Assembly: GCA_963976765.1 (NCBI GenBank)
Contig: CAXBME010000032.1
Span: forward strand, 1-64,000
Direction of reading: 5' to 3'
Length of the DNA: 64,000 nucleotides
DNA from: an uncultured Planctomycetaceae bacterium
GTDB taxonomy: Bacteria > Planctomycetota > Planctomycetia > Planctomycetales > Planctomycetaceae
The notes beneath the pieces are model-generated. The model did no database searches. It was not told the origin of the DNA and saw only the letters and a list, made by a program, of their open reading frames with translations. The position numbers and the translations under genes were made by a program. Below are positions 18,652 through 28,590 of the stretch, in pieces; the stretch's first letter is position 1, and every line of letters starts with the position of its first letter.

Positions 18652-19614
18652 ATGGATCGGCGACGATTTGCAACAATGGCAGCGGGTATCGGTGCTGGAA
18701 TGCTGGCAGGAGTCTCATTAAGGGCTGACGGTGAGAATACGTCGGAAGAGGCTTCAAAGTCCGGGACGAGGATCAGTAATCCGATTGCTTTGTCGACGTA
18801 CTCGTTGTGGCGGTTTCACAATGAACCGTTTCGGGACATTCATCGCTGCATTGATGTTGCCTCGGAGTTTGGATTCGACGGGGTTGAGTTGCTGCTTTAC
18901 CAGATTGAGCAGAACACTCTGTTGAGCAACTCGGCGATGCAGGCGATTAAGCGGCACGCTTTTCGGCTCGGGCTGCCGTTGTGCGGAATGTCGACTCATC
19001 AGGGGTTTGTGACTCCCGACAAGGAGCAGCGGCAACGCAACGTTGACCTCACGATCGGGCAGATTGAGACGTGTTACCAGTTGGGCATCCCAACGATGCG
19101 CGTCAACACGGGACGGTGGGGGACGAGTCGCAGTTTTGACGAGCTGATGAAGAATCGCGGCATCGAACCACCGCTCGACGGCTACACGGATGAAGACGGC
19201 TATCCCTGGGTGATTGAGAGTTTCGAAAAGTGTCTGCCAACCGCCGAGAAGTGCGGAGTCGTCCTTGGCCTGGAGAATCACTGGGGTCTTGGTTTGACGC
19301 CGGAGGGAGTGACTCGGATTGTCGACGCGGTGGATTCTCCCTGGCTTCAGGTGACGCTCGATACGGGTAACTTTCTGGAAGACCCGTACGAGAAGCTCGA
19401 AAAGCTGGCTCCGAAAGCGGCCTTCGTCCAGGCGAAGACGTACTACGGCGGCGGGCAGTGGTACGAGATCGACATCGACTACGACCGAGTGGCAAAGATG
19501 CTCCACCGCCACAACTACAAGGGCTGGGTGTCGCTCGAATTCGAAGGCATGGAGAGCTACGAGACAGCCATTCCGAAAAGCCTGAATCTGCTGAGGACAG
19601 CGTTTTCGCAGTAA
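18652..19614 (+). CDS. Sugar phosphate isomerase/epimerase (xylose isomerase-like TIM barrel), Tat signal
   Basis: MDRRRF signal, GFDGVEL, LGLENHW, LDTGNF, SLEFEG; AGGAG RBS. Confidence 0.88.
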   Translation: MDRRRFATMAAGIGAGMLAGVSLRADGENTSEEASKSGTRISNPIALSTYSLWRFHNEPFRDIHRCIDVASEFGFDGVELLLYQIEQNTLLSNSAMQAIKRHAFRLGLPLCGMSTHQGFVTPDKEQRQRNVDLTIGQIETCYQLGIPTMRVNTGRWGTSRSFDELMKNRGIEPPLDGYTDEDGYPWVIESFEKCLPTAEKCGVVLGLENHWGLGLTPEGVTRIVDAVDSPWLQVTLDTGNFLEDPYEKLEKLAPKAAFVQAKTYYGGGQWYEIDIDYDRVAKMLHRHNYKGWVSLEFEGMESYETAIPKSLNLLRTAFSQ

Positions 19615-19743
19615 TCAAGCAGTGATCAAGCAGTGATCAAATTACTGCCGAGTGGCGAAATCGCCAGCTGGCAGGCTCGTCTTTTAACTTCTCAGTTCAA
19701 CCTGTTAGCTTCCGCTCCATTCTTCACCTCAAGGAGCAGATTG

Positions 19744-20013
19744 ATGAGTGACGCGGAAGCTGTACCGACGCCGGAACCACCGTCGAAGGAAGAACTGAAG
19801 AAGGCGATGAAGGCGTTCAGGAAACGTCTGAAGGTGACTCGTCTTGATGACGAATCCCGCATGGGGTACGGGCCGATGAGTGGTGGCAACAGGTCCGGCG
19901 TTGTCGCGATTACTCCGCCGAATCAGTACCCGAAAGAGGTTTGGGAAGCGCTGGCGGCGCAGGGGCGGTTGCGGTATCTCGGACAGGGGATGTACGAGTT
20001 AACCGACGGTTAA
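19744..20013 (+). CDS. Small hypothetical protein (89 aa)
   Basis: AAGGAG RBS; protein-like sequence KAFRKRLKVTRLDDES...ITPPNQYP..VWEAL. Confidence 0.7.
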   Translation: MSDAEAVPTPEPPSKEELKKAMKAFRKRLKVTRLDDESRMGYGPMSGGNRSGVVAITPPNQYPKEVWEALAAQGRLRYLGQGMYELTDG

Positions 20014-20125
20014 CAGTCAGTGTCGGACTGTTGAGAACCACTCTGTGCCAGGGTAACCTGGCGGCCTTACGCTGAAGTGATTCCGCATCGTTCACTGCTG
20101 AGAATACCCTGCCGAGGCTACACCA

Positions 20126-21058
20126 ATGCCGAAGTTCCACGTCTACCGATCGACCGTTATTAACGACAATCCTGAAAACGTCTTCGCCAAAGTTGCGAAC
20201 TTTGAGACATGGACCACGTGGTCTCCGTGGCTGTGTGCGGAGCCGGATGCTGAAGTCATCGTCAGTAACGATTCGTCTTCAGTTGGATCGACCTACGCCT
20301 GGAAGGGTGAAATCGTCGGGCAGGGCGAGGTTGAGCATCGCAGACTGGAACCGGGACGTCTGATCGACGAGGAGATTCGGTTTGTGAAGCCGTTCAAATC
20401 GAAGTCCGACGTGTCGTTTGATTTTGAGCCAGTCGATGGCGGGACGAAGATTACCTGGCATATGAAGGGATCGATGCCATGGTTCTTATTCTGGATGATT
20501 CCTCAGATGGAAGTCTTCATCGGAATGGACTACGAACGTGGCCTGAAGATGCTCAAAGAGTGGATTGAGACAGGAACAATCCTCTCAACAACGAACATTC
20601 GAGGAGTGGAGCCAGTCGGCCCTTTACGGATGGCTGGCGTCCGAAGAACGACGACGCTCAAAGAGATTGGACCGTCGATGGAACAGGCCTTCTGTCAGGC
20701 TGAAGAAGCCTTCAGGAAGCACGACCTGCCGATCGTAGAAGCGGGGATTTCGGTCTACCACGCCTTTGATATGAAGGCCGGGACATTTGACTACACGGCC
20801 GGGTGGCTGCTTCCCGAGTCAGTGGGTAGTGTGCCAGCCGAGTTGTCGAGCTGGTCGATTCCGGCAGTAAACGCTCTACGGGTCGATCATACCGGAAGTT
20901 ACGACAACGTTGGCAACGGCTGGAGTGCCGCTCACCAGTGTGCTCGATACAGGAAGCTGAAGCAGAGTAAGGAGGGCACGTTCGAGATTTACCGGAACGA
21001 CCCGGGGAACACTGCTTCGGCTGATCTACAGACAGAGATCTACCTGCCGCTCAGGTAG
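20126..21058 (+). CDS. SRPBCC/START domain + GyrI-like small-molecule-binding domain protein
   Basis: WTTWSPW...DYERGLKMLKEWIE (SRPBCC); HTGSYD, FEIYRNDP, TEIYLPL (GyrI-like). Confidence 0.85.
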   Translation: MPKFHVYRSTVINDNPENVFAKVANFETWTTWSPWLCAEPDAEVIVSNDSSSVGSTYAWKGEIVGQGEVEHRRLEPGRLIDEEIRFVKPFKSKSDVSFDFEPVDGGTKITWHMKGSMPWFLFWMIPQMEVFIGMDYERGLKMLKEWIETGTILSTTNIRGVEPVGPLRMAGVRRTTTLKEIGPSMEQAFCQAEEAFRKHDLPIVEAGISVYHAFDMKAGTFDYTAGWLLPESVGSVPAELSSWSIPAVNALRVDHTGSYDNVGNGWSAAHQCARYRKLKQSKEGTFEIYRNDPGNTASADLQTEIYLPLR

Positions 21059-21149
21059 CGTCATCATTTCTCCGAGGTGGCGGTGGCGAGGAAGCAGCCA
21101 ACTCGTGTCGCGAAACGAAAAGTGGGCAAGCTATTCGAGGCTGTTACCT

Positions 21150-21192
21150 CTTGCAGCTGCGCCGCACCGGTTCCAGACAAGCTGTGCCATTC
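21150..21192. repeat. Dispersed repeat with CACCGGTTCCAGACAA core, copy 1
   Basis: 27/31 identity with 59293-59323. Confidence 0.6.
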
Positions 21193-21380
21193 ATCAAACA
21201 TGCTGGCTTCCCGACGTCCAACTGATGGAGTATCGAAGACACCAGTAGAACTCTTGCGGGAGCGATCAAGGCGTGGAGAGTCGAAATTGCAAGGATGGCC
21301 ATGTCTTTATCCTCCCAACTGTCAACTGATGAATCATCAGTCAGTTAGTTCACTTCGGACTTTGCTTGGTTCTGCGCCGA

Positions 21381-22448
21381 TCACCGCCTGCGAAACTCAG
21401 AGGACTTGCGATAAATGGCGTAACGAAGTCGATTGATACTTCCAAGTGGCTGGTACTCCGCCAGCGTATGCCAAGGTGTGTAGACCAGTTCTTCGCACTC
21501 TTGGAGGTGCTCTGGTGTGTCGAGACCGGTTTGAGGAGCCGGAATCGTCACACGTGCAACAGTTTGGGGCGGGTGCTGTTGCGGGTCCCACGATTTTGTC
21601 GCGTCTTCAATAAATAAATCCGGCTCGCCGGCTTTTCGGACCTGAACGCGGAAGTCGTAAACGATATCGGCCTTGCCAGCCATTGTTTTCTGAAGTGCAT
21701 CACGGAGATAGTCAGGAGACGGATTTTCCGGCACTGGTTGTGGTTTTTCTCCGTCTTGAGGGACCGCGGAGAAGTGCATGCAACGGTCCTTGCCGAACAG
21801 ATACGGTGCGCCTCCGAAGTAACTGATCTCCAACGGGTTGGCTACGGGTTTAGCCTGGATCTGCTGCAGAACCTTAAATGATGCTGCAACACGACCAAAC
21901 TCTGCCAGCTTTTCCGGGTCCGTTGGCGGTGGAGCCTGGAGAGGAGCAAAGAACGGTGCAGGACTGTCGTCGAACTTGAACAGAATCTGATTCAGCCTCA
22001 AGTAGTCCCCGACGTTCACGAATGCGAACGAAGGTGTATTGATCATCAGAAAGTCCTGAGAGTTCCAGCCGCTGTCATCCTGCAACACTTTGCCTTCAAC
22101 GTTGCGAACTTTGATCGCCATACCGCGACTGCCATTCTGCCCACCGGCGAGGTCAGGCGCAACTACCGTTGACGCGTTCGAGTACCGGATCACTGCCTCA
22201 TAAGTCGCAGGATGAGCGAACATGCCGACCTGCAGGCTTTTGTCGATGCCGGGCAGAACTTCAAAGGAGGCGTTGACGCAGCCGTGAGATTTAGGATGAA
22301 CGCCTCTAAGTACCGGTTTGTTTTGATCCACGTATCGCTTCTTGAGCAGTTGGATAGTCAGATCCTCGATTTCCTGGATCTGTTTTTCTTCCAGATCTTT
22401 ATCGGGGCTGCTCTCGAATGGATTATTGAAGAAGACGTCGTTCAGCAT
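21381..22448 (-). CDS. Small catalase-fold heme protein (catalase-related/AOS-like subfamily)
   Basis: RGVHPKSHG (distal His), IRYSNA, RGMAIKV, QDFLMIN, PLGSINRLRYAIY (proximal Tyr); only 355 aa. Confidence 0.85.
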   Translation of the reverse strand: MLNDVFFNNPFESSPDKDLEEKQIQEIEDLTIQLLKKRYVDQNKPVLRGVHPKSHGCVNASFEVLPGIDKSLQVGMFAHPATYEAVIRYSNASTVVAPDLAGGQNGSRGMAIKVRNVEGKVLQDDSGWNSQDFLMINTPSFAFVNVGDYLRLNQILFKFDDSPAPFFAPLQAPPPTDPEKLAEFGRVAASFKVLQQIQAKPVANPLEISYFGGAPYLFGKDRCMHFSAVPQDGEKPQPVPENPSPDYLRDALQKTMAGKADIVYDFRVQVRKAGEPDLFIEDATKSWDPQQHPPQTVARVTIPAPQTGLDTPEHLQECEELVYTPWHTLAEYQPLGSINRLRYAIYRKSSEFRRR

Positions 22449-22525
22449 TTTTTCGTCCTGTTACAAAGGCGTGAAATCAGGGGCTGTGTTGATGCTGTGG
22501 GCATTGAATTACCGCTCGATAACCA

Positions 22526-24361
22526 CTACAGCGTCTTCATGTACTCAATGATCGCTTTTGCTCCATCGTGGTCGTCCGACCAGTCCAGTTTGTAAAGCGA
22601 GTCACCTTCCTGGATGTCCGCATCGTGCCCTCGATTGTTAACAGCAGGGAATGCAGTTGTGTCGAATTCGTATCCTTCATCCTTATTTGATCCCTTTCCA
22701 GAACGCCATTCGAATCCGACATTCTGAGTGTCGTAATCCAGGCGACTTTTAACAAAGACGTCCGGTCGTTCCTCTGGAACGAGCAGATGAAAGAGCGTCG
22801 GAACGGAGCCGTTGTGCAGGTACGGAGCTTGAGCCCAGATTCCGCCAAGAGGAAGTGCGTTATACCCTTCGCAGTCCTTTGGGTTTCGCATGGATAATTC
22901 CGCCTTTTCTGTCAGCGGAACACCTTCGAACGCCTTAAAGGGGGTGACCTTACGGCCACTGGGGGGCAGCACAAGAACACGATCTGGAAAGCCAATTGTC
23001 GTGAAGCCAATTCGAGCATTCTTTGCGGTGAGAGGACTTACCACATAAACGCGATTCAGGTCTGTCCCGATGTTCTTGTAGACGCGACCGTTGTGTGGGC
23101 GATGGCAATCGGCACAGTTCATTTCGAAAAGAGTTTTTCCCTTATCCGCCAGTTCCATATTCACGTCGAATGGATAAGGGGGAGCCGGTAGGTCTGTCAG
23201 TAATTCTTCTGCAAACGTGGCGATTCGAACATCAGTTTGTGCCCCATATCCCATTGTCAATTCTGCTGCCATGTTGCGGTAAATGGGAAGCGGAATATTG
23301 CCGTTCCACTGTCCACCACCGTTGATCAGGTCGGTCTTGTCTTCATTCCATTGGACCTGCCGCTTGCCTTGTTCCCACACGGCCATGAAATCAGTCAGGC
23401 CAGGTGTTGGAGGCAGCCCTGTCTCGGGGTCAGCATTTGGGTCTTTGGCTTTAGCAGCAGCGAAACTGATCGACATGCTGACTCCGGTTGCGTCGGCCAT
23501 GCCGCCGAAGCCATGCAGCATAGGGTTTTCGAACCCTTTGTAATTCTTGTCGATCAAGTCGACGAGGGAACTCAGTTCCAAGTCTGATCGCGCCAGGAAA
23601 CCACTCACCAACTCCGCAGCATTTTCTTTAAACAGTTCGATCTGTCTTGATTCATAGTCTTTGTCGAAGCTGTTTCTTCCCAGTTTGTAGTCGCCGTAGA
23701 AAAAGTTCGGATCCTGTGCGTGTGTGGCGTCAATCACCTTCAAGAGTGACGCAGTAGCACGCGCGACTTTCTCTTGATCGTCGGTCGCATCACCGATCAT
23801 TTTCTGGATCGTGTTCACGACCTTGACACGATAGGCGACCAGATTGAATTCCGTGTTGATACCTCCGTCGAGGTACATGATCGAACCATCACTTTTTCGG
23901 ACTCGTCCGACATGGCAGGCTCCGCAGGCGAACGATGCGAAGTCAGGCTTCAGATCATCTGGTTCGCGGCCCAGGCCGCTCCAGCCGACGCCTCGCGCGA
24001 TTGGGTAGCCTTCGTTGCGTTCGTCGATGAACAGTCCGGCGACATCAAGGAAGTTATCTTTACTGCCCCACTCATCCGGCGCGATCAGCGGCAGAGCCCG
24101 CAGAATGAGATAAGGAATTCCAGCGTCAGTCCCGAATGGGAAATCCGCGAACCAAGCGTAAGCAACGGAGTTGTTGTCGATGTGCTTGTTCAGTGCCTTC
24201 GTCCGTGCTTCGCGCTCGGTGCTCCACGCATCTGTGCCTTCGGGCGTGTCAGCACCAGCATCGGTGGTCGCGGTTGCGTCAGCGACATCTGTGGCCTGTT
24301 GCGTTTCGCACCCGGCCAGCAGGATCATTGATAGAAATACGAACGGTAAGAGATTCAGCAT
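22526..24361 (-). CDS. RoxA-like di-heme cytochrome c lipoprotein
   Basis: Lipobox LLAGC; CGACH and CADCH; LGGIWAQAPYLHNGSVPTL motif; C-terminal IIEYMKTL. Confidence 0.82.
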   Translation of the reverse strand: MLNLLPFVFLSMILLAGCETQQATDVADATATTDAGADTPEGTDAWSTEREARTKALNKHIDNNSVAYAWFADFPFGTDAGIPYLILRALPLIAPDEWGSKDNFLDVAGLFIDERNEGYPIARGVGWSGLGREPDDLKPDFASFACGACHVGRVRKSDGSIMYLDGGINTEFNLVAYRVKVVNTIQKMIGDATDDQEKVARATASLLKVIDATHAQDPNFFYGDYKLGRNSFDKDYESRQIELFKENAAELVSGFLARSDLELSSLVDLIDKNYKGFENPMLHGFGGMADATGVSMSISFAAAKAKDPNADPETGLPPTPGLTDFMAVWEQGKRQVQWNEDKTDLINGGGQWNGNIPLPIYRNMAAELTMGYGAQTDVRIATFAEELLTDLPAPPYPFDVNMELADKGKTLFEMNCADCHRPHNGRVYKNIGTDLNRVYVVSPLTAKNARIGFTTIGFPDRVLVLPPSGRKVTPFKAFEGVPLTEKAELSMRNPKDCEGYNALPLGGIWAQAPYLHNGSVPTLFHLLVPEERPDVFVKSRLDYDTQNVGFEWRSGKGSNKDEGYEFDTTAFPAVNNRGHDADIQEGDSLYKLDWSDDHDGAKAIIEYMKTL

Positions 24362-24494
24362 GAGTCGGCTCCGTTCCTGACGCAGGGCAATCTGGCTAAC
24401 CCACATTCACGGTGTGCATCGCTGAAAAGCGATTGGGGGGACGACCGGGTCGAATCCCAACCGTCGTCAGACTGAGTGAAGGTGTCTACGTGTG

Positions 24495-26339
24495 CTAGTT
24501 GAGCGTCTTCATGTACTCAACGAGTGCCCAACGCTCATCATCAGTGAAGTCACGCCACTCCCCGTTCTCGCCCTTTGTCTGCGTTTTTGTTGGTCCACTG
24601 TGTCCCGTATTCATATTGCCAGGCACTGGCTTACCGTCAGCGCTCACCGCTTCAAATTTGAACGAGCGGTCGGCAGACCTGGTCGTGATAAATCCAACAT
24701 GCTCAGGATCAAACTCGCGACTGCCCACATAGAACGCTGGCGATCGTTCGGCATCCGGCAGCAACAGCTCATAAAGGTTTGGAACGGAACCGTTGTGCAG
24801 ATATGGCGCGGTCGCCCAGATTCCATAGAGCGGTCGAGATATATAGCCGGAAGGGATAAATCCCGGTGGCTTCGGCGGATGGTGCCCCCCCAACGCTTGC
24901 AGTTGAGCTGGAGTGACCTGATTCTCTTTCGCGTAACGCATGATGACGCCACCCACGGCAGCGATCAGAAGTTCTCCCGCCGGGACTTCAACTTTGGCTT
25001 GAGATTCTTCGGAGAGATAGGGTTTCAGGGCACCGGGTTCTGCTGTCCTCAAGAGGAAGTTCATGACCATCTTCGGGTCGGTGCCCATTGCTTGCGGTGG
25101 AAAACTCTTCGTAATGATGAACTGATGGCCGTCGGTATCCGGTGTTGTCATGGGAAAGTTTCCGTCTGCCCCACGAGTTGGATGGCATGAATTGCAGTTT
25201 TCAGCAAAGAGCCTGGCACCAAGTTTTGCTTTGTTCTGGTCGATCTTTCCAAGAATATTCTCAGGCCACATTGGAGCTTTCAATTTTTCGATCAGTGTTT
25301 CCAGCCGAGCCAGCCCCTTGAAGTCGGCAGTACACTGGAACTGTTCTGTTGGCAGACCCTGAAGTTGCATGTGTGCATACACACCCATGACCTCACCCAC
25401 ATTTCGTGCGATCGCATTATCTGCTGACCGATTCCACTGAACGAAGTCCAGCTTGGATGCATACCAGAGGAACGGAAAACTCACAGGGGCATCCGATACT
25501 CTGCGATTCTTCCTGATGCCGAGCGCAGCTTCCGTGACTTCGTTCAGGATCGCACCAAATGCGTCGAGTCGTGCGAACCCGTACTTCTGTGGCGCTGCGT
25601 TTCTCTCGACGAGTCGCTCCATGTGCGCAGTGTAGGATTGCAGCTCTGGTTTCAGTCTGGTCGTGTCGAAGTTGCCTTCGCCGCTGTTCGCAACACGGAA
25701 CCGTTCAAATTTCGCGTCGTCTTCGAGGGTTGCCCGCATGGCAGCAGCCAGCTCGATGAGAAATGATTCGTGATCGATCATGGCCGGACCACCGTCGATC
25801 CGAATGACGGTCCCCTTGTAGGTGATGTCTGCGGTATGGCAGGCGGCACAATTAAATCCGAGCCATTTTTCCGTTCCGGGATGGTTCGCCAGTTCGTATT
25901 CGGGGTCGAACGAAGCGACTTTGATACCGGTCGTTTCCGGGTGATCATCAAGAACAAAGCCAATTGGCAAAGCGTCAGGATTGTTACGGCTTTTCGGCTG
26001 CGTGATGTAGCCAAGTTTCACCAAGTGTTCGTCAGAGCGAAACAGCTCTGTGCTGTCTGCCTGTTCGAGTGTCAGAAACCACTCGTAGGGAACCAGCTCG
26101 GAGCCCTGATTCTTGAAATAGAACTCCGTACTTTCGTCACGAGTCCAGTTTTGTTCATCAAGCCAGACCGGATTGTGGCCGGAATAGACGAATCCGGGGT
26201 CTGGTGTTTCGCCGGAGTCTCCTCTTCCAGTTGATCCATCGCCTTCTGTTGTCCCACCGCCGTTGTCCTCACACCCTGCAACACTGAAGCAGACCAGCAG
26301 CGTTGCCAGAAAACCCATTCTAAGCAGGTTCGAATCCAT
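24495..26339 (-). CDS. RoxA-like di-heme cytochrome c lipoprotein (second paralog)
   Basis: Lipobox VAGC; CAACH and CNSCH; GFARLDAFG; LYGIWATAPYLHNGSVPNL; LVEYMKTL. Confidence 0.85.
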   Translation of the reverse strand: MDSNLLRMGFLATLLVCFSVAGCEDNGGGTTEGDGSTGRGDSGETPDPGFVYSGHNPVWLDEQNWTRDESTEFYFKNQGSELVPYEWFLTLEQADSTELFRSDEHLVKLGYITQPKSRNNPDALPIGFVLDDHPETTGIKVASFDPEYELANHPGTEKWLGFNCAACHTADITYKGTVIRIDGGPAMIDHESFLIELAAAMRATLEDDAKFERFRVANSGEGNFDTTRLKPELQSYTAHMERLVERNAAPQKYGFARLDAFGAILNEVTEAALGIRKNRRVSDAPVSFPFLWYASKLDFVQWNRSADNAIARNVGEVMGVYAHMQLQGLPTEQFQCTADFKGLARLETLIEKLKAPMWPENILGKIDQNKAKLGARLFAENCNSCHPTRGADGNFPMTTPDTDGHQFIITKSFPPQAMGTDPKMVMNFLLRTAEPGALKPYLSEESQAKVEVPAGELLIAAVGGVIMRYAKENQVTPAQLQALGGHHPPKPPGFIPSGYISRPLYGIWATAPYLHNGSVPNLYELLLPDAERSPAFYVGSREFDPEHVGFITTRSADRSFKFEAVSADGKPVPGNMNTGHSGPTKTQTKGENGEWRDFTDDERWALVEYMKTLN

Positions 26340-26376
26340 GGTGTCCTCATCTTTCCTTATGTGCGGCGAGTTCAAT

Positions 26377-28590
26377 TCAGTCCTTATGCAGCCATCGTTC
26401 TATTTCAGCGATTCGATCTTCGATTTCTATACGTTCTGCCGAATCTTTGATTTCCTGGATTTCGTCCTTTGTCAGCGTCCAGCTAAGCGACACGCTCCTG
26501 TCGAGTTCGAACGCCGTCGTGACAAAAAAATTACGGATATCGGCCAACTCTGCGGCTGCCAGCGGCTGACCTTGCCTCGTTTTCTGCCAGGCACGGTTTC
26601 TTGAAGCTTGCAGAACGTTCTGCAGTGACTGCAGTTGTTCGTCGTTGCGGAATGAATTTGTCGAGTTCCGGGCACTCATGACAGCAGTGAGTGGAGTCGT
26701 CAGCCAACTTAGTCCACGTGAAATCGATCCGTTAACTTTAGATTCTGTTGCTTCTGGATGACGCCGCTGGACCTCTGTTCTTGAGTCACGAATCTGAATC
26801 AGCAGAACCCCTGATGTGTGTCTGGCCAGCCAGTCTCGCCAGTGAAACAGCCAGGCGGACGCGACGCTGACTCCGAAGTTGTCGTAGTATCCGGCATCGA
26901 CAATGCGGCGCACGGGCTGTGTTGGAAGAGTTCCATCAGGACTGATGTAGGGAAACGAAGCGTTCATGCGAACGGCCGTGGCCAACTTGAGATCAACATC
27001 CGGAAAAAGCTTGAAGAACTCGATTGCACTTACGGAATAGACGTCGCTGTCGCTGCCGATGACTGAGCCCTTTGCTCGTGTCAGCTTTCCCAGGTTGAGA
27101 TTACTGAACAGCAGACGTCGACCATCATCGGACATCATTGGGGACACAATGAGCGATGGTCGCCAGCCTTCGCGTTCACCGTCCGCAAGACTCGAAAACG
27201 GCACTGCGAACCCCTCCGGTGGATCGTCGTCACTGCCTTGCGTATGCCGCTGCCAGGCGAGTTCAAGCGCGCTTCCGCGGTCTTGCTTTCCAATCGCTTC
27301 TGTAGCCCCGAGCAGATAATGTGGCACGTCCCCGAGAGCCAGTTCTCGGGCAACGGCGTGCAGGCTGTCTTCGGCAATCCGACTGACAATCTGATCCAGC
27401 GGCACCTGATGAGGTTCGGCGCTATCGGGCGGGTTGAGCGTCTGAACGTAGTAGCTGGCCCCGTACATGCCTCCGGAAGCGCCGGTCACGAGTCGCAGAT
27501 GATCAGGGAAGTCTTCAATCCGTTCTTCGATTGTGGTTAGAACGTCGGCGGTCCAGACACCTGCCCGGATACCACCACCGCTCGTCGAGACGACGATCAA
27601 CTTTGGTAGTTTACTCAGGTCGGACTCGTCCGAATCACCGGTTGGGGATCGCTTGTCAGCAACTTCTTTCCACTTCAGCAGCGTTTCTCCATCCGCAAGC
27701 AGGTTGGGATTGGGATTCTCAGCGTCTTCCAAAGGTGTGGGGTTCTCATAATTGTCTGCCGTGAATCCCGGAAAGCGATGCAGGTAAGTTGGAAAGCCAA
27801 TGCGTAGCGTGACAACGATTACCAGCAGCAGAAAGACTCCGAAGAAACGCTGCGGAAAGTGAAAGCGAAGGTATCCGTAGAACGCAGCCACGAGACCTAG
27901 TAAGACGCAAATGGCTACAGCGGCTGTTACCCACTCCGGACGGGTCAACACCAGCAGTACATACACCAAGCCAAACAGCCCGCCAACGATCGCGCCTCGA
28001 AGGTGTATGCTGTAGAGTTGTGGTTCACTCGGGGGCTTGACTACCAGACTGACGACCTTGAAGACGCCTCCCGTCAGTGTGTCCGATTTCGCCGAAGCCT
28101 GCAGTCCTCGTAGCACAGGAAGAGCGGTTGCCGAATACCTGCGATCGATCCAGTCACCGAGCACTCGACTAAGAGCGGCAACGACGGCAACACCAGCAAT
28201 CAATCCCAGGACAAACCTTATCGGGAACCCACCGGAGCTTCCAGCTGTTGCCAGCCCGATTGCAAGCACAGTCAGTACTACGACAGTGGTAGCCAGATAC
28301 CGGACTCGGTAGTACCTGAGAGAATCTGTGTTGACCTCCTTCGGGCGCATCCAAGGCTCATCCGAATCGAGCAGGTAACCGACAAAACAAACCTCAAACA
28401 GGACAACTGCTGCAGCCAGACCCGCAAGGAATGGCTGGCCATCCAGAAACAGGAACCGAAGGCCCATGCCTCCATCGAATCCACCGAGAATTGCCATCAT
28501 TCCGGCAATTACAGCGCATATTAAGGGATAACGAGTAACCCATTCGAAGAATGGTCGGAGCAGAAAAAATGGTTGCAGAAGCAGTCTCAT
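26377..28590 (-). CDS. Multi-TM patatin-like phospholipase
   Basis: About 7 N-terminal TM segments; SGGGIRA (oxyanion), GASGG (nucleophile Ser), SFPYISP, DAGYYDN (catalytic Asp). Confidence 0.82.
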   Translation of the reverse strand: MRLLLQPFFLLRPFFEWVTRYPLICAVIAGMMAILGGFDGGMGLRFLFLDGQPFLAGLAAAVVLFEVCFVGYLLDSDEPWMRPKEVNTDSLRYYRVRYLATTVVVLTVLAIGLATAGSSGGFPIRFVLGLIAGVAVVAALSRVLGDWIDRRYSATALPVLRGLQASAKSDTLTGGVFKVVSLVVKPPSEPQLYSIHLRGAIVGGLFGLVYVLLVLTRPEWVTAAVAICVLLGLVAAFYGYLRFHFPQRFFGVFLLLVIVVTLRIGFPTYLHRFPGFTADNYENPTPLEDAENPNPNLLADGETLLKWKEVADKRSPTGDSDESDLSKLPKLIVVSTSGGGIRAGVWTADVLTTIEERIEDFPDHLRLVTGASGGMYGASYYVQTLNPPDSAEPHQVPLDQIVSRIAEDSLHAVARELALGDVPHYLLGATEAIGKQDRGSALELAWQRHTQGSDDDPPEGFAVPFSSLADGEREGWRPSLIVSPMMSDDGRRLLFSNLNLGKLTRAKGSVIGSDSDVYSVSAIEFFKLFPDVDLKLATAVRMNASFPYISPDGTLPTQPVRRIVDAGYYDNFGVSVASAWLFHWRDWLARHTSGVLLIQIRDSRTEVQRRHPEATESKVNGSISRGLSWLTTPLTAVMSARNSTNSFRNDEQLQSLQNVLQASRNRAWQKTRQGQPLAAAELADIRNFFVTTAFELDRSVSLSWTLTKDEIQEIKDSAERIEIEDRIAEIERWLHKD

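Noticed and set aside
19614..19640. ATCAAGCAGTG 11-bp tandem repeat
   Set aside because: Only about 2.5 units; simple slippage, not CRISPR or an evident operator
22526..26375. Both cytochrome ORFs are 626 aa in the track
   Set aside because: Coincidence of upstream start choice; likely starts give 611 and 614 aa and the sequences are divergent
26377..28590. Patatin as a CBASS/anti-phage effector
   Set aside because: No cyclase, STAND ATPase or other defence gene nearby; neighbours are heme enzymes
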